Virus record (IMG/VR): IMGVR_UViG_3300024518_002390
Span: 7,066 to 71,065 of that record
DNA length: 64,000 bases
Strand: one strand, 5' to 3'
From: a virus
Taxonomy: Duplodnaviria > Caudoviricetes
Positions 17,605 to 28,009 of the stretch are shown here, in pieces. Position numbers and translations under genes: made by a program. The notes beneath the pieces were generated by a model. That model had not been told where the DNA came from. It made no database searches and saw nothing but the letters and a program-made list of their open reading frames with translations. How positions within the stretch are numbered: position 1 is the stretch's first letter; each line of letters opens with the position of its first letter.

Positions 17605-18078
17605 TTATGCCGAATCGTACTTGTGCACTCTTACCCTTGCCTCATTTCCGCTCGCCGCAATGCCTGTACCAGACTTGTTCTCAATAAGGAATGCAAAGAA
17701 CTCTGGCAGGTCGTGAATAACTGCGCCATACTTGTAAGTACGCGCAGTTGTTTCGTTAGCATCACAGGACCAACTAGCAATGGGCTGGGTGTGACGGGAG
17801 TCCAGATTCAGAGTATCGGAATAACTACCTTCCGTACCTGTTAGCTGGCCAGTAAGTTCTGCTGTTAGCCGGCCGCGACCCATCCTGAGGTTTACCACTC
17901 CGTTTACATCGCCTGCTGTTGTTGTGGTGACAAGCGTTAGATAAAACTCTGCCCAAAAACCCTTCACCGTGGAGTTGTCTATCTCCTGGGATTGCCAGAA
18001 CGCATCGTCACCCAACGAATGGAGATTGGTAACTGTAAGAACTGTGGCGGTGCCATAGTTTTGTGTCGCTGTAGCCAT
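17605..18078 (-). CDS. fibre-module virion protein (beta-rich)
   Basis: 157 aa, T/S/G-rich beta pattern. Confidence 0.7.
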   Translation of the reverse strand: MATATQNYGTATVLTVTNLHSLGDDAFWQSQEIDNSTVKGFWAEFYLTLVTTTTAGDVNGVVNLRMGRGRLTAELTGQLTGTEGSYSDTLNLDSRHTQPIASWSCDANETTARTYKYGAVIHDLPEFFAFLIENKSGTGIAASGNEARVRVHKYDSA

Positions 18079-18482
18079 TATCCTAGACTCCTCGCATATG
18101 TAACGTGAATGGCCAATACTACCCCCAGGCCTTCAATAAAGGCCGTGGAGGTTGTAATGGTTCGAGCCGCGTTTAGAGCTGCAACGGTGGTTGGACATAA
18201 ACCTGCACAAGCATCTAAAAAGATGTCTACATCCACGCCGTGAGGATCCAAATCATCCCTTGCCACCAGCGCCAAAATCTTCTGCTGGTCCGCGTCGGTC
18301 AGAGCTGTCCACTCCGCTGCGTTACCGGCGAACGCATCCTTAACCTGCTTGCCTGTCATAGCAGGCAGGTTATAGGACTTGTCCTCGGCCATTAGCTCGG
18401 CTGCGGCGGCGGTGTCGTCCAATCCACCATACAGTGGAACGTCGGAATCGAGAACCGCCTTTATAGCTGCGTAGTTGCTCAT
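18078..18482 (-). CDS. fibre-module hypothetical protein
   Basis: 134-aa Ala-rich ORF, coupled to its neighbours. Confidence 0.7.
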   Translation of the reverse strand: MSNYAAIKAVLDSDVPLYGGLDDTAAAAELMAEDKSYNLPAMTGKQVKDAFAGNAAEWTALTDADQQKILALVARDDLDPHGVDVDIFLDACAGLCPTTVAALNAARTITTSTAFIEGLGVVLAIHVTYARSLG

Positions 18483-18487
18483 AGCTT

Positions 18488-18940
18488 CTAGCCTCCAGAC
18501 AGACGGTAGTACCCATTCGCATTGACTTGTAGCGTCAATGTGTTGGTGTCTGTCGTTGTGACATCGAGCGGAGTATTATCGAGCAGGCCGTATGCGAATA
18601 ATGGATCGACCGGAGACGTCGGTGTATCATCAAAGACCCACCAGTACCTGGCCACAATGCTACCGCCACTTGCAGTAAACACAGGGTCAACCGAATCAAA
18701 TTGCCACGTACCTGCCACCGGCTCAGTAAGCGCCACGCCTGTTAGCGTTTGCCGCGCATAACCATTGCCCGCCAGCTCATTGGTGATGTCGGTTAGGATC
18801 TCGTGCGTGGCTTGCGCTGGTGTATACGTGCTGGTGCTAAGACCACAAAGAAACGTATCGCCGTCCACATCCACGGTACCGTTTTGCAGGTCCCGTTTCC
18901 ACGAATCATATACAACCAGGGTTCCTGTTGTTGTTGCCAT
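18488..18940 (-). CDS. conserved ~150-aa virion protein that typically precedes large repeat fibres
   Basis: DVDGDTF..L...YTP, GNGYAR.TL, FD..D..FTA.GG.I.ARY...DD, PL..Y..D pattern recalled from environmental phages. Confidence 0.7.
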   Translation of the reverse strand: MATTTGTLVVYDSWKRDLQNGTVDVDGDTFLCGLSTSTYTPAQATHEILTDITNELAGNGYARQTLTGVALTEPVAGTWQFDSVDPVFTASGGSIVARYWWVFDDTPTSPVDPLFAYGLLDNTPLDVTTTDTNTLTLQVNANGYYRLSGG

Positions 18941-18953
18941 TTCTACTACTCCT

Positions 18954-19202
18954 TTAAGCGTTGGTTCGAATGTTGTCTAGGTCTACATGCGTAGCACCCT
19001 TCCAACCTGTCATAGCCCATTGCCAAACCTCTGCGGCCTTGTCCCTCATAGACGCAAGCGGCGCCGAAACAATGAGCAAATCCTCTCTCGGCATATCCTG
19101 TATTGCGGCCTTATCCTTGGGCGTGAATAGCACTGCAATATCATCCTTCGTGCTATCAAACTGCAAGGTTTGGCCTGTTCTCGTTTTCACTTTAACTAGC
19201 AT
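18954..19202 (-). CDS. hypothetical protein
   Basis: 82-aa ORF with GAGGAG SD. Confidence 0.65.
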   Translation of the reverse strand: MLVKVKTRTGQTLQFDSTKDDIAVLFTPKDKAAIQDMPREDLLIVSAPLASMRDKAAEVWQWAMTGWKGATHVDLDNIRTNA

Positions 19203-19235
19203 TCTTGTACTCCTCGGTTGGCACCGCTTGAGTCC

Positions 19236-19391
19236 TTATTTCTCGTGAGTCGGAGGCCTATCGGCCTTCTTATCGACAGCGCCGAAGCCGCTACTTTTCT
19301 TTTTGCTACTTCTTTGCCAATAAATAAAACCTGCAATCGCTCCCAAAGCAATCACTAGACTTACCCAATCACCACCTGTCATTTCGTTCAT
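19236..19391 (-). CDS. small single-TM peptide (51 aa; below the ORF-track cutoff)
   Basis: MNEMTGGDWVSLVIALGAIAGFIYWQRSSKKKSS...; GAGGA SD. Confidence 0.55.
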   Translation of the reverse strand: MNEMTGGDWVSLVIALGAIAGFIYWQRSSKKKSSGFGAVDKKADRPPTHEK

Positions 19392-19409
19392 TTTGCTTTC
19401 CTCTTCAGT

Positions 19410-22400
19410 CTACGATGTAACTTGTGCCTGCACAGTTGCAGACGCCGTTGCTAGTAATTCAAATGTCGTTCCATCCCGCCACTTCAAATCACCGGTAAAT
19501 TTCTTTGTTTGGCCGTTCGTTGTTTCTATTAGCAACCAGTCCCTATCAGTACCAGCATCCAACCATGTATTAACAGCGGCCCCGGTGGGTGTGTCTCCAG
19601 TTCCTTCGAACATGACATCATAGTCCCCTGCGGCGCCGGAATTCATCCAAGTGCCTTCAGAGGCCCCATAAGAGGACCCCAACCCTTGGCGCTTATATAC
19701 ATCGCCGTCGCTGTCAACTTTGAGCGCGGCCTCGCCGTCGTCCGGGTCTACTGCAATATCAACAGCAATCGCACCAACGCCTGTAACAGGCTCGGCGGGA
19801 GTAGTACCGCCCAACGCTTTCACAATCGTATAGGTCTGGTCATAGTCCACGCCGCCGTAAGTTGCGCGCATTGTAAATACTTCTAAATTAGTAGTCCAAC
19901 TGCCACCCGAAAGAGAATAAACACCAGCCGGAGTTATCAACATGGTAAGGCCGTTCTGGACTTTAACCGCGTTTATATTATCCGTGTCCGGTGTCAATGT
20001 GAAGCCTGTACCGCTGCCGCTGGAACTGCTTTGAGTTAGCGTGCCGCCTATAGTGAAATACGTTGTTCCTGTAGTGGCCGGCACACTAAACTCAGTAACC
20101 ACGCCGCCGCTAACAGCATCAACGGTAATTACTGTTCCGTCGCTGAGGGTTATCGTATCGAGTGCTGCATAACTAGAACCGCCTACAAACGTTCCTTCTG
20201 TTGTCGGCGAGTTGTCGTAGTTTGTTTCGTCTTGCGAAACTACCAAAGAACCCTGGCCTGCCGAAACTATATGTACCGCAGTAAGCGTGCGGTCCGTTGT
20301 ACCTTCGAACAGCTTATGAGTGCCGCCTGCTTCAGTGAGTGAGTAGTTTGTGCCGTCGCTGTCGGCCGCCACTACATGCGCAGAATTTGTAAGGTAATTG
20401 GAGAAGCCGTTGTCGCCGTCACTGCCGCCTTGCGCAGACGATATCGTTTCTGAAACCACAGTAGTCTGGCCGCCGAATGTATAAGAATATTCTACGGAAA
20501 TTGCATTGGAGGCCGATCCCGTTACAGTAACAGTAACCCTGCCAGTATTTAGGTCTCCGCCACTATGTGCTTGCACAGTAGCGGCAAGCTGGCCGTTCGA
20601 TTCAGTAAGGGTTATGCGGCGGTTGATCCTGGCCACAGCGGCGCCCGACTTAACGAACGTGCATTCCAAATCACTTGTAAGTGTGGCTGGTGTCCATGCT
20701 CCCTGGTTTACTGCTCTAGTCCAGGCCAGGCCGTTTGTTGGCTCGATGTAGCCATACACGGCATCCAGGCCATCCGTTATATCAACAAGCGTTATTGTGT
20801 CGAAGGGAGTTCCGGCCGGGCCGTCTTTTAACTCAACAACAACACTGCCGCTAATATCTCCCGAATCGAAGACACCAGTGTATCCATCCGATCCGGCCGC
20901 ATAGCCATTTGCCACTGTTATTTCAGTGGATCCCTCGTAAAGCTTTATAGTCCCGGCCGCCAGTAACGAATCAACACCAGACAGCACATGCCTAGCTTCA
21001 ATCGTCAACGTGCCTGCGCCATTTTGAATCGACGTACCATCGGTAGGTTTAATGTAATACCACTCTACGAGGCCTGCACTACTTGCGGTACCAGACACTC
21101 CTGCTACATCAGATACAGGATGCCATGTCGAATACAAAGCAGGATCCCGTCGGCCGCGTACCCAATAATATCTAGTAGTCGTGTCGCCTACAAAGTCTAT
21201 CCAAGTGTCACCTTTTACATCGGCCAATTTAATTGCTGTGGAGCGGTCGTTAGTCGACGACTGCCATATTTCAATGTAATCGAACAGCGCCGGCGGCGGA
21301 TTGGTCCAAGCCAGTGCAATGGATCCCTCATGACCAGCAGTAGACAGGGCGCTAGGGGGAGGAATCACAGCCGCCCCCGGAACTAGATCACCCGCAGCGG
21401 TGCGGCTTGTATAACCGCCCTCAGCCGGGTCCGTGTAACGCGACGCAAAGTCCTCGCGGAAAGTAACTTCAAAAGTACCGTCCTCTAGCGGCCGCCACTC
21501 AATACACCTAAATGCTTTGGCCGTCCAGCTAAACTCGTCCAACGTCCAGCTAACTATTAGACCAGGATAGCACTTGGCACCCTGCTCGTTCATAATAATT
21601 GTGGCAATTATTTGATTGTCGAATTGTTCGAGTATGCGGATCGCCACACGCTGGCATTGGTATTCCGAATTGACAAATGCTAGGTCAGCCTGGTAGTCCA
21701 ACTCGCGGCCGTTGTCGCGTGTAACATAGGCGGCGTTTGTTACCGAATAAAACTCTACTGGCACATGCTGCCTGGCCGGGTCGGTAAAGAATCCCTTTAC
21801 TACGTTATAACGTTCGTCTCGGTTGGAGGACCCCTGCACAGTAACATCGCCGGCCAATGCATTTTCATCAAAAGTCAATACAGGGGCAGACCACACACCG
21901 GCAGTCATAACCCACTGGCCGCCAGTATAGACAAGGTTTCCGGCCATGCTTGTTTTTAGATCGACGAGCATTGTTTCGTGCTTGGCCTCCGACAACCAAG
22001 CACCATTGCAGGTGAAGCGTTTTTCCGTTGACGCAGTAGGAATGGCTACCAACACATCGCAGGCTTGGGCGGCCACGATGTTTGCTTCCCAATCTATTTC
22101 GTCGGCCGGATCCACGTTCATATACTGCGTAAGATAGTCGGCTATGCAGCAGGCCGGGTTATCACTCCACTCCCATGTAGTTTCGTCAGTTATGTCGTGT
22201 TGGGCAGTGCCTTCAAATACGACAAAGTTGCGGATGTCTATGTCGGTGGAGATTGTGCCTGAGCCACAAACCAATGCACCAATAGCCATTTCGACTGCCG
22301 TTGTATCCTGTGGAAATTCGGCCGTGCCTCCTACACCAAAAGTAATACTGTATGTCGTCCACGAAGAACCAAACACGGCCTGGTTCACGCCGAAGTAGAA

Positions 22401-23387
22401 GTAGGTACCCTTTGTTAGCCAACCCGTTGCCGTGTCCGTAGCGCCGACGATGTTGTCGCCGGCCGAGTCGAAGAATGCAACACCTGGCAAATTAACTCTG
22501 TCGCCTACCGGCTCCTGTGCCTCAAACTGCACCGTGTAGAGTTTGCTTGTATCGACCGGGATACGCTCCGACCACACGTTCTCATAGCTTGCATCATTGT
22601 CTGTAATCGAAAGAACATTGGCAGCCTCGCTGAATGGAGGTATTGCCGTCACAGTCTGCGTAATGTTGCCGAACCATTTCAGTCTGGTTGTAGAAAAATC
22701 TAAATTGGCAGTATTGAAAGTCGGATCGGCATTCAATGCATACCGCCTACGATCATATATGCGGCGCAGCTTGAGCAAGGCCAGCATTGACTGCGGCGGA
22801 CCGTTCCTCCAAATAGTCTGCGTGTCCTTGTCATACAAGCATTGAAACACTGCATTGAACACGCCGCGCGCCTTGTCGGCCGTGCCCAACGTTCCGTAGT
22901 TATCAGTTAGCAATGTATTCGCGGGCTGATTACCAAATCCCGGATACCAACTAATATGCAAACCGGACACAGCACTGGGCTTGAACTTGACTTGGGATAC
23001 CTCGCCATCTCCTGTTCCAGCCGTTGCATCAGCAGTGGGCGGTGTCCAGTTTATTTGCGCGGCCGTAATAAAAGTGTCGTCTATTCTAAATTCTACAAGG
23101 TCAGCAAAATGGTCTACATACGCTATTTGGTAGTCTAGCCATTCGTTCTCGGAGCCGTGGGTATTGTTATAGATAATTGCGCCGCCAACCAAGGCCTCGC
23201 CATAGCCAAATTTGCGAAACTCTAGCGCACCTCTCGAGGTTGTCTGCGTGCCAGCAAATACATTTTTCAAAGCATTGCGTGCAGTCGCTTTCGCTATCAC
23301 ATAAGAGACCGCCACCTGCACAACAAACCGCACCCAGGCCTTTGCCCAGAGCGCTTTGAAAAATGCTGCCCAACCTGCCTCTGGCAT
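19410..23387 (-). CDS. tail tip / central fibre protein (lambda gpJ-like) with Fn3 domain and inserted carbohydrate-binding-like domain
   Basis: YGEALVGG, IYDRR...TWEWSDNPACCIADYLT, RFTCNG, Fn3-like PPPSALS...LAWTNPP...IEIW...YYWVRG. Confidence 0.85.
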   Translation of the reverse strand: MPEAGWAAFFKALWAKAWVRFVVQVAVSYVIAKATARNALKNVFAGTQTTSRGALEFRKFGYGEALVGGAIIYNNTHGSENEWLDYQIAYVDHFADLVEFRIDDTFITAAQINWTPPTADATAGTGDGEVSQVKFKPSAVSGLHISWYPGFGNQPANTLLTDNYGTLGTADKARGVFNAVFQCLYDKDTQTIWRNGPPQSMLALLKLRRIYDRRRYALNADPTFNTANLDFSTTRLKWFGNITQTVTAIPPFSEAANVLSITDNDASYENVWSERIPVDTSKLYTVQFEAQEPVGDRVNLPGVAFFDSAGDNIVGATDTATGWLTKGTYFYFGVNQAVFGSSWTTYSITFGVGGTAEFPQDTTAVEMAIGALVCGSGTISTDIDIRNFVVFEGTAQHDITDETTWEWSDNPACCIADYLTQYMNVDPADEIDWEANIVAAQACDVLVAIPTASTEKRFTCNGAWLSEAKHETMLVDLKTSMAGNLVYTGGQWVMTAGVWSAPVLTFDENALAGDVTVQGSSNRDERYNVVKGFFTDPARQHVPVEFYSVTNAAYVTRDNGRELDYQADLAFVNSEYQCQRVAIRILEQFDNQIIATIIMNEQGAKCYPGLIVSWTLDEFSWTAKAFRCIEWRPLEDGTFEVTFREDFASRYTDPAEGGYTSRTAAGDLVPGAAVIPPPSALSTAGHEGSIALAWTNPPPALFDYIEIWQSSTNDRSTAIKLADVKGDTWIDFVGDTTTRYYWVRGRRDPALYSTWHPVSDVAGVSGTASSAGLVEWYYIKPTDGTSIQNGAGTLTIEARHVLSGVDSLLAAGTIKLYEGSTEITVANGYAAGSDGYTGVFDSGDISGSVVVELKDGPAGTPFDTITLVDITDGLDAVYGYIEPTNGLAWTRAVNQGAWTPATLTSDLECTFVKSGAAVARINRRITLTESNGQLAATVQAHSGGDLNTGRVTVTVTGSASNAISVEYSYTFGGQTTVVSETISSAQGGSDGDNGFSNYLTNSAHVVAADSDGTNYSLTEAGGTHKLFEGTTDRTLTAVHIVSAGQGSLVVSQDETNYDNSPTTEGTFVGGSSYAALDTITLSDGTVITVDAVSGGVVTEFSVPATTGTTYFTIGGTLTQSSSSGSGTGFTLTPDTDNINAVKVQNGLTMLITPAGVYSLSGGSWTTNLEVFTMRATYGGVDYDQTYTIVKALGGTTPAEPVTGVGAIAVDIAVDPDDGEAALKVDSDGDVYKRQGLGSSYGASEGTWMNSGAAGDYDVMFEGTGDTPTGAAVNTWLDAGTDRDWLLIETTNGQTKKFTGDLKWRDGTTFELLATASATVQAQVTS

Positions 23388-23788
23388 TAGCTAGGCCTCC
23401 ACATATAAATAGCAGCCTCGAGCGGCCAGTCGATAACGCCATTTTTGTTTTTAACTACCATTACTCCGAGAAAGCAAAAGCCAGCGATCCACTCCCCATC
23501 TTCCTGCTTCGCCACTAGCACATCGCCATCCCTCATTTCGGAAGGGTCGGCATCCATAGGCGGTCCCATTACATGCGTAATAGCACCTACCAAGTCGCCG
23601 TGCTTACGTATCTCGCGTATTGCTTCAGCCTTGTTCGCATATATAAACTCAGCCATAAAATCTTTACCGTGAAATACTTCCATCACTTCATTGGCAAATG
23701 CACAACAGTCGGCCTGTCCTTTCCAATCAAAAGGCCGCTCGGCATATGTTTGCAGCAAGTTCCAAGCTTGTTTTTGTTTCTCGTTCAT
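23387..23788 (-). CDS. NlpC/P60-like tail assembly protein
   Basis: PFDW.G..DCCAFA...GDVLV, in the usual position before the tail tip gene. Confidence 0.75.
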   Translation of the reverse strand: MNEKQKQAWNLLQTYAERPFDWKGQADCCAFANEVMEVFHGKDFMAEFIYANKAEAIREIRKHGDLVGAITHVMGPPMDADPSEMRDGDVLVAKQEDGEWIAGFCFLGVMVVKNKNGVIDWPLEAAIYMWRPS

Positions 23789-24396
23789 TTTACTTCATAG
23801 GACGGGGGATTGGGTCCGCCACGATCGCCTTGTCCGGTCACGCCACTAACACCCCATATCAGTTGTACTAATTGCATTTGTTGCACGCGGGAGAACGCCG
23901 TGTCTCCCGAGTAACGTTTCTGCTGTTCCTCGTCTGTGAACTTGGTTCCTGTTTGTTGATTAAGTACGGCCAGATCATGTTGTACCGTAATCCGTATTGA
24001 ATTGTCCGCGCCACGTGTAAGGTTGGCGCTTTCTACTCGGCCTCTGTAAAACACCCAAGGGTCGTCGACGAGCGTGCCGTCGTCGTTACGATAGGCAACG
24101 TACAATGTGACCTTGTCCCCATAGTTGGACGCATTCAATGCTTCAGCAAACAAGCTGGAAGACAGGCCAGACAGTTGCAACACAATAGAGGAAGGCACTA
24201 CTGCTTCTGTTTCTTCAACACTGGATACGCCGCCGAACTCCCCAACACCTAAGTAGTCATTTCCCTCATAGGAAATAGTACCCAGGCCGCTATGCAAATA
24301 GATCGGCGTATCGAATAGCATTTTGGCCATGGCAACAGGGTGGGTATGCCTGCTGTCTATGTGCGTTACATTGCCAGTTGCGAGAGTTCTTGCCAC
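23785..24396 (-). CDS. minor tail (hub-like) protein
   Basis: G..YLGVG..G.VS.VEE, L.LSG, FYRG, R.TDEEQQ.RY.GD pattern. Confidence 0.75.
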   Translation of the reverse strand: MARTLATGNVTHIDSRHTHPVAMAKMLFDTPIYLHSGLGTISYEGNDYLGVGEFGGVSSVEETEAVVPSSIVLQLSGLSSSLFAEALNASNYGDKVTLYVAYRNDDGTLVDDPWVFYRGRVESANLTRGADNSIRITVQHDLAVLNQQTGTKFTDEEQQKRYSGDTAFSRVQQMQLVQLIWGVSGVTGQGDRGGPNPPSYEVK

Positions 24397-24989
24397 TACA
24401 GTGCACTCACTGCGCTGAAACCTATTGAGGATCTAGCAGGCGGCCGGGTGGTTATTGATATAGAGCGAACGTCGAGCGCAAACGAATTGGTAGGTGTGTC
24501 TATTTCCACGGCATCGGTGTGGCTCGGCGCTACAAAAATGCGCGGCGAAACAATTATAGTAGCTGCACCTGCACCATCCGTATTCACATCAGCATCGACT
24601 GAATGTAATAGGCCTGCCACCCCAATCTTATCTCCCTCAAGTAACCAACCTGTTTGGCTAGTGGGTCCGCCGCTGATGATTAAATTTTTGCCTGTTTGTG
24701 CTGCACCATTAACTAACGGCGTGCCACCGCCGGCGCCCGCCCGAGTATACCCAAAATCTCGGATGGTCATGCGATGCTGCGAACCGTTTAGTTTATAGAG
24801 GTAGGCCATTAGTTGTCGGCGGCTGTCCCCATCAATATCTGCCCAGGCCATTTGTATAGCCCAGGCCTCGCCGTCCCGATCAAAAGTACTAATACTATTA
24901 TTCATCGGACTGCGGTATATACCTGTATTGCCCTCAAGTGACCACACCTGAGAAGTAGGCCTAATCTCTGGAAAAGTATACGTGGTCAT
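24396..24989 (-). CDS. distal tail protein (Dit-like)
   Basis: Follows the TMP; FRSP-like YRSP, GEAWAIQM, beta-barrel insertion. Confidence 0.75.
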   Translation of the reverse strand: MTTYTFPEIRPTSQVWSLEGNTGIYRSPMNNSISTFDRDGEAWAIQMAWADIDGDSRRQLMAYLYKLNGSQHRMTIRDFGYTRAGAGGGTPLVNGAAQTGKNLIISGGPTSQTGWLLEGDKIGVAGLLHSVDADVNTDGAGAATIIVSPRIFVAPSHTDAVEIDTPTNSFALDVRSISITTRPPARSSIGFSAVSAL

Positions 24990-27900
24990 TTGCGCAGTAC
25001 TCCCTTATCGCGTAGGGCAATAACATCGGCCAGGGTGCGCTGTCGATTCTCTTCCATCAAGCGTGGGAGGATGGCCTCAATTCTCTCAGCATCGGCGCCG
25101 CGTGCATCAATAACATTCGTTTGTTTGATTGTTACGCCGCCGCCCTGCAACCTTTGTTGGGAGGGGGTCTTAACACTTACCTCCTCACCAGGCGTAGCTC
25201 GAAATGCTACAAGCTGGCTGTCCGTGCCACCTGCCCCGTCGACCATAAAGTCACCACCTGTTGCAAAGCCTGGGAAGGTTGCGGCGGGCCTTGTTCTCTC
25301 CGGTTTACGAATATTCTCTACAGCCTGGAGGCCTGGTGAGGGCGCAACCACAACAGGGACTGGCATTGCAGGAATGCCTAAGGAAGGGCCTAAGGTTTGG
25401 CCGACCATGCGGCTCAGTTCATTAGTAACAGTAGAGTTAAACACTTTGTTGATTGTAGGAATAACCGCCTTGGTAATCCGCTCTTTAATGCTCAACTCAG
25501 AAACCGCTGCCGGCGCCCTAGCAAGGCCGGACTGTTGCTCTACTGTTGTTTGCTTTTCGGCGGCCTTGGTCCGCAGTTCCTCTGTCGCCTTCTGCACGGA
25601 CTGGACTTGTCCGGGAGTCCGAACGCTTACCAACTCCCCTGGCGTAGCATTAAACACGACACGCTGACTATCTGTGCCGCCATTACCTCCCACAGTAAAG
25701 TCCAAGCCGTGCTGGCCGCCGCCTGCAAAAGTGGTGGACCTTGTTGCTGGTGTAACTGACACTTCGCTTATTGTGCCGCCGTCTCCCATGTTTCCGAACC
25801 ATTTCGACAGCGCATTCAACAATTGGGATTTAATGTAGATCTGGATTATATCCTTAATGATGCTCCTAGCTAAGTCTGCAAAGTCGGCCTTGCCGCTGGC
25901 GGCCATGTCTGCAATACCGTCTGCCATGCCGTCAACAACTCGCTTCTGTACATCGCCGAGGTTTTCGTATGCATCCGATGCGTCGTCGGCAGGCGCCGAT
26001 AAATCCGGGCCGAGCGGTAGTTTTTCTGGATCCTCGATACCACCGCTGGCAGCAAAGATTTCAGCGCGCTTTTTGCGCAGTGCTTTGATGGCCTCAATAG
26101 TTGCGTCACGCTCTGCTATTGCACCCTGCACAGCCTCATTGCTGGCAGCACGTTGCACCGCCGCCGTCTCAACCGTTTCGCGTATTAGCGCGTCGGCCGT
26201 TTCCCTAGCAAGCTTGCGCTTCTCCTCGGCCTCATCACGTATAGTAATCAGCACCTTTTCAATAGCATCTATCTCAGCCAGCCTAGCTGTTTCATTTGCT
26301 TTTGCTGCGGCTTCGGCCTTCTCAGTATTAGTAGCCATCTTGCCAATAGCAATACCAATATCTGTCATCTCTCTAGCACGGTCGTCAAAACCCAGCGAGG
26401 CCAATGTGCGTGATACACCAAATATCTTTTGCTGGACAATTCCGATAATGCCATCGATCGCAGTGGCTACCGAAACAATTATATTATCAAACGTGCGGCC
26501 TACTACATTGGCCATGGTTTGAAATACAAGCTGTACAGTAGGAGAAATAAGCTTAAATTTCTCGACGGCCGTGGCCACGAAGATGTCGACTAGACTGAGC
26601 ATTTTAATGGTAAGGTTGCGCACTATCTGCGTGACATCAATTCGCAGCTTGTCAAAAAATGCAATCATCAAAGTTATGCCTAACTTGAGGTTGGCCGGAC
26701 CTCCGACGACAAACTGCTCCCACAAAAACTTAGTCCACTTCACAATGTTATCTATGGCGCTGCCCCAAGCACCCTCAAACACTGCCGCGCCGCCGCCTGC
26801 CAAAGTAACGGCCGACTTTATTTGCATGAACATTAAACGGATGTCGTCCAGCGCTCGATGTATTGTATCTAGCACGGCCGCAGTGCGTTTCTGCAACAGA
26901 GGGTTGCGGGCCATCTCTCGTATGTTTTCCGTGGCCGCCTTAGTAAGGGCGCGCAGGGTGGGCTCAAGTTCCGCGCCTATTGTTAATTCCAAACCCTCAT
27001 AGGCCGACTTCAATGCAAGCGAATCGCCGTGCAGTGTGTCTATACGCCTGGCCTGCTGCTCGTATGCAATATTCGATCCAGTGAGCTGGCCTGTAAGTTT
27101 CCCCAGCGCATCTCGATTCTGGATAAGAGTCTTTGCTGCTGCTAAGTTTCTGCGGCCGAATAGTTTGAGGGCCGCACTGCCCTGGTCCAGCCCTGCGTTG
27201 GCTAGGTTCTCAAGTGCTTGCGAGAGGCCGACCACCTCCGGCTTAAAGGAATCCTTGCCCGACGCGGTAAGCGCGAGTAGAACACCGCGCATCTGCATGC
27301 CGGCCTCGCTACCTTTCAATGCCCTGGTAGACAGTAGCTGAAGCGCTGCGTTTGTTTGCTCGAAGCTTAGGCTGGCCTGCGAAGCAATAATACCAACCAT
27401 CTTCAACGACTCGGCCATCTCACCTACAAGCGCTGCACCTCGCTTCGAGCCGGCTGCCAGTACGTTGATAAACCTGGAGGCCTGGTCCGCACCCTCGCCG
27501 AATTGGTTTAGTGCCGATGCCATAGCGTTTGCGGCAGAGGGGAGGCTCTCACCTGTTGCCTCTGCCAGTGCAATGGCTTCCTCAGTTACGAGTGACAGCG
27601 CATCCACATTCTCAAGCAAATCAGGCTTGGCTGATGCAATGACTTTGAATGCTTCGGCAGCCTGCGTGGCCGACAGAGTTGTCGTCTCGCCGAATTCTTT
27701 GGACTTCCTGCGTAAGAAGTCGAGGTCCTCGCCTACGGCGCCTGTGATAGCACTAAGATCGGCAACGGCCTGCCCAAAGTCTTTAGTGCTTCCTACCAGC
27801 GACTTGGCGGCAAACACTCCGGCCAGTGCTAAGGCAGCTTTGGCAGCGGTTTTGAAGCCGCTACCCATCTTCTTTGAGTCGCGTGCAGAGGACGCGGCCA

Positions 27901-28009
27901 CCTGCTTAGACTTGCGCTTAATAGAATCGAGCGCGGCGCGTACTTTAGACGCACCTATCTTGGCCGTCTGCGAACCGATGCCAATATCAATGTTGCGTTG
28001 TAAATCCAT
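24986..28009 (-). CDS. tail tape measure protein (TP901-like core)
   Basis: 1007 aa, Ala-rich helical, F..A...L.A.TGA...L...A..G.TT..SA..AA core; follows the chaperone genes. Confidence 0.92.
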   Translation of the reverse strand: MDLQRNIDIGIGSQTAKIGASKVRAALDSIKRKSKQVAASSARDSKKMGSGFKTAAKAALALAGVFAAKSLVGSTKDFGQAVADLSAITGAVGEDLDFLRRKSKEFGETTTLSATQAAEAFKVIASAKPDLLENVDALSLVTEEAIALAEATGESLPSAANAMASALNQFGEGADQASRFINVLAAGSKRGAALVGEMAESLKMVGIIASQASLSFEQTNAALQLLSTRALKGSEAGMQMRGVLLALTASGKDSFKPEVVGLSQALENLANAGLDQGSAALKLFGRRNLAAAKTLIQNRDALGKLTGQLTGSNIAYEQQARRIDTLHGDSLALKSAYEGLELTIGAELEPTLRALTKAATENIREMARNPLLQKRTAAVLDTIHRALDDIRLMFMQIKSAVTLAGGGAAVFEGAWGSAIDNIVKWTKFLWEQFVVGGPANLKLGITLMIAFFDKLRIDVTQIVRNLTIKMLSLVDIFVATAVEKFKLISPTVQLVFQTMANVVGRTFDNIIVSVATAIDGIIGIVQQKIFGVSRTLASLGFDDRAREMTDIGIAIGKMATNTEKAEAAAKANETARLAEIDAIEKVLITIRDEAEEKRKLARETADALIRETVETAAVQRAASNEAVQGAIAERDATIEAIKALRKKRAEIFAASGGIEDPEKLPLGPDLSAPADDASDAYENLGDVQKRVVDGMADGIADMAASGKADFADLARSIIKDIIQIYIKSQLLNALSKWFGNMGDGGTISEVSVTPATRSTTFAGGGQHGLDFTVGGNGGTDSQRVVFNATPGELVSVRTPGQVQSVQKATEELRTKAAEKQTTVEQQSGLARAPAAVSELSIKERITKAVIPTINKVFNSTVTNELSRMVGQTLGPSLGIPAMPVPVVVAPSPGLQAVENIRKPERTRPAATFPGFATGGDFMVDGAGGTDSQLVAFRATPGEEVSVKTPSQQRLQGGGVTIKQTNVIDARGADAERIEAILPRLMEENRQRTLADVIALRDKGVLRK

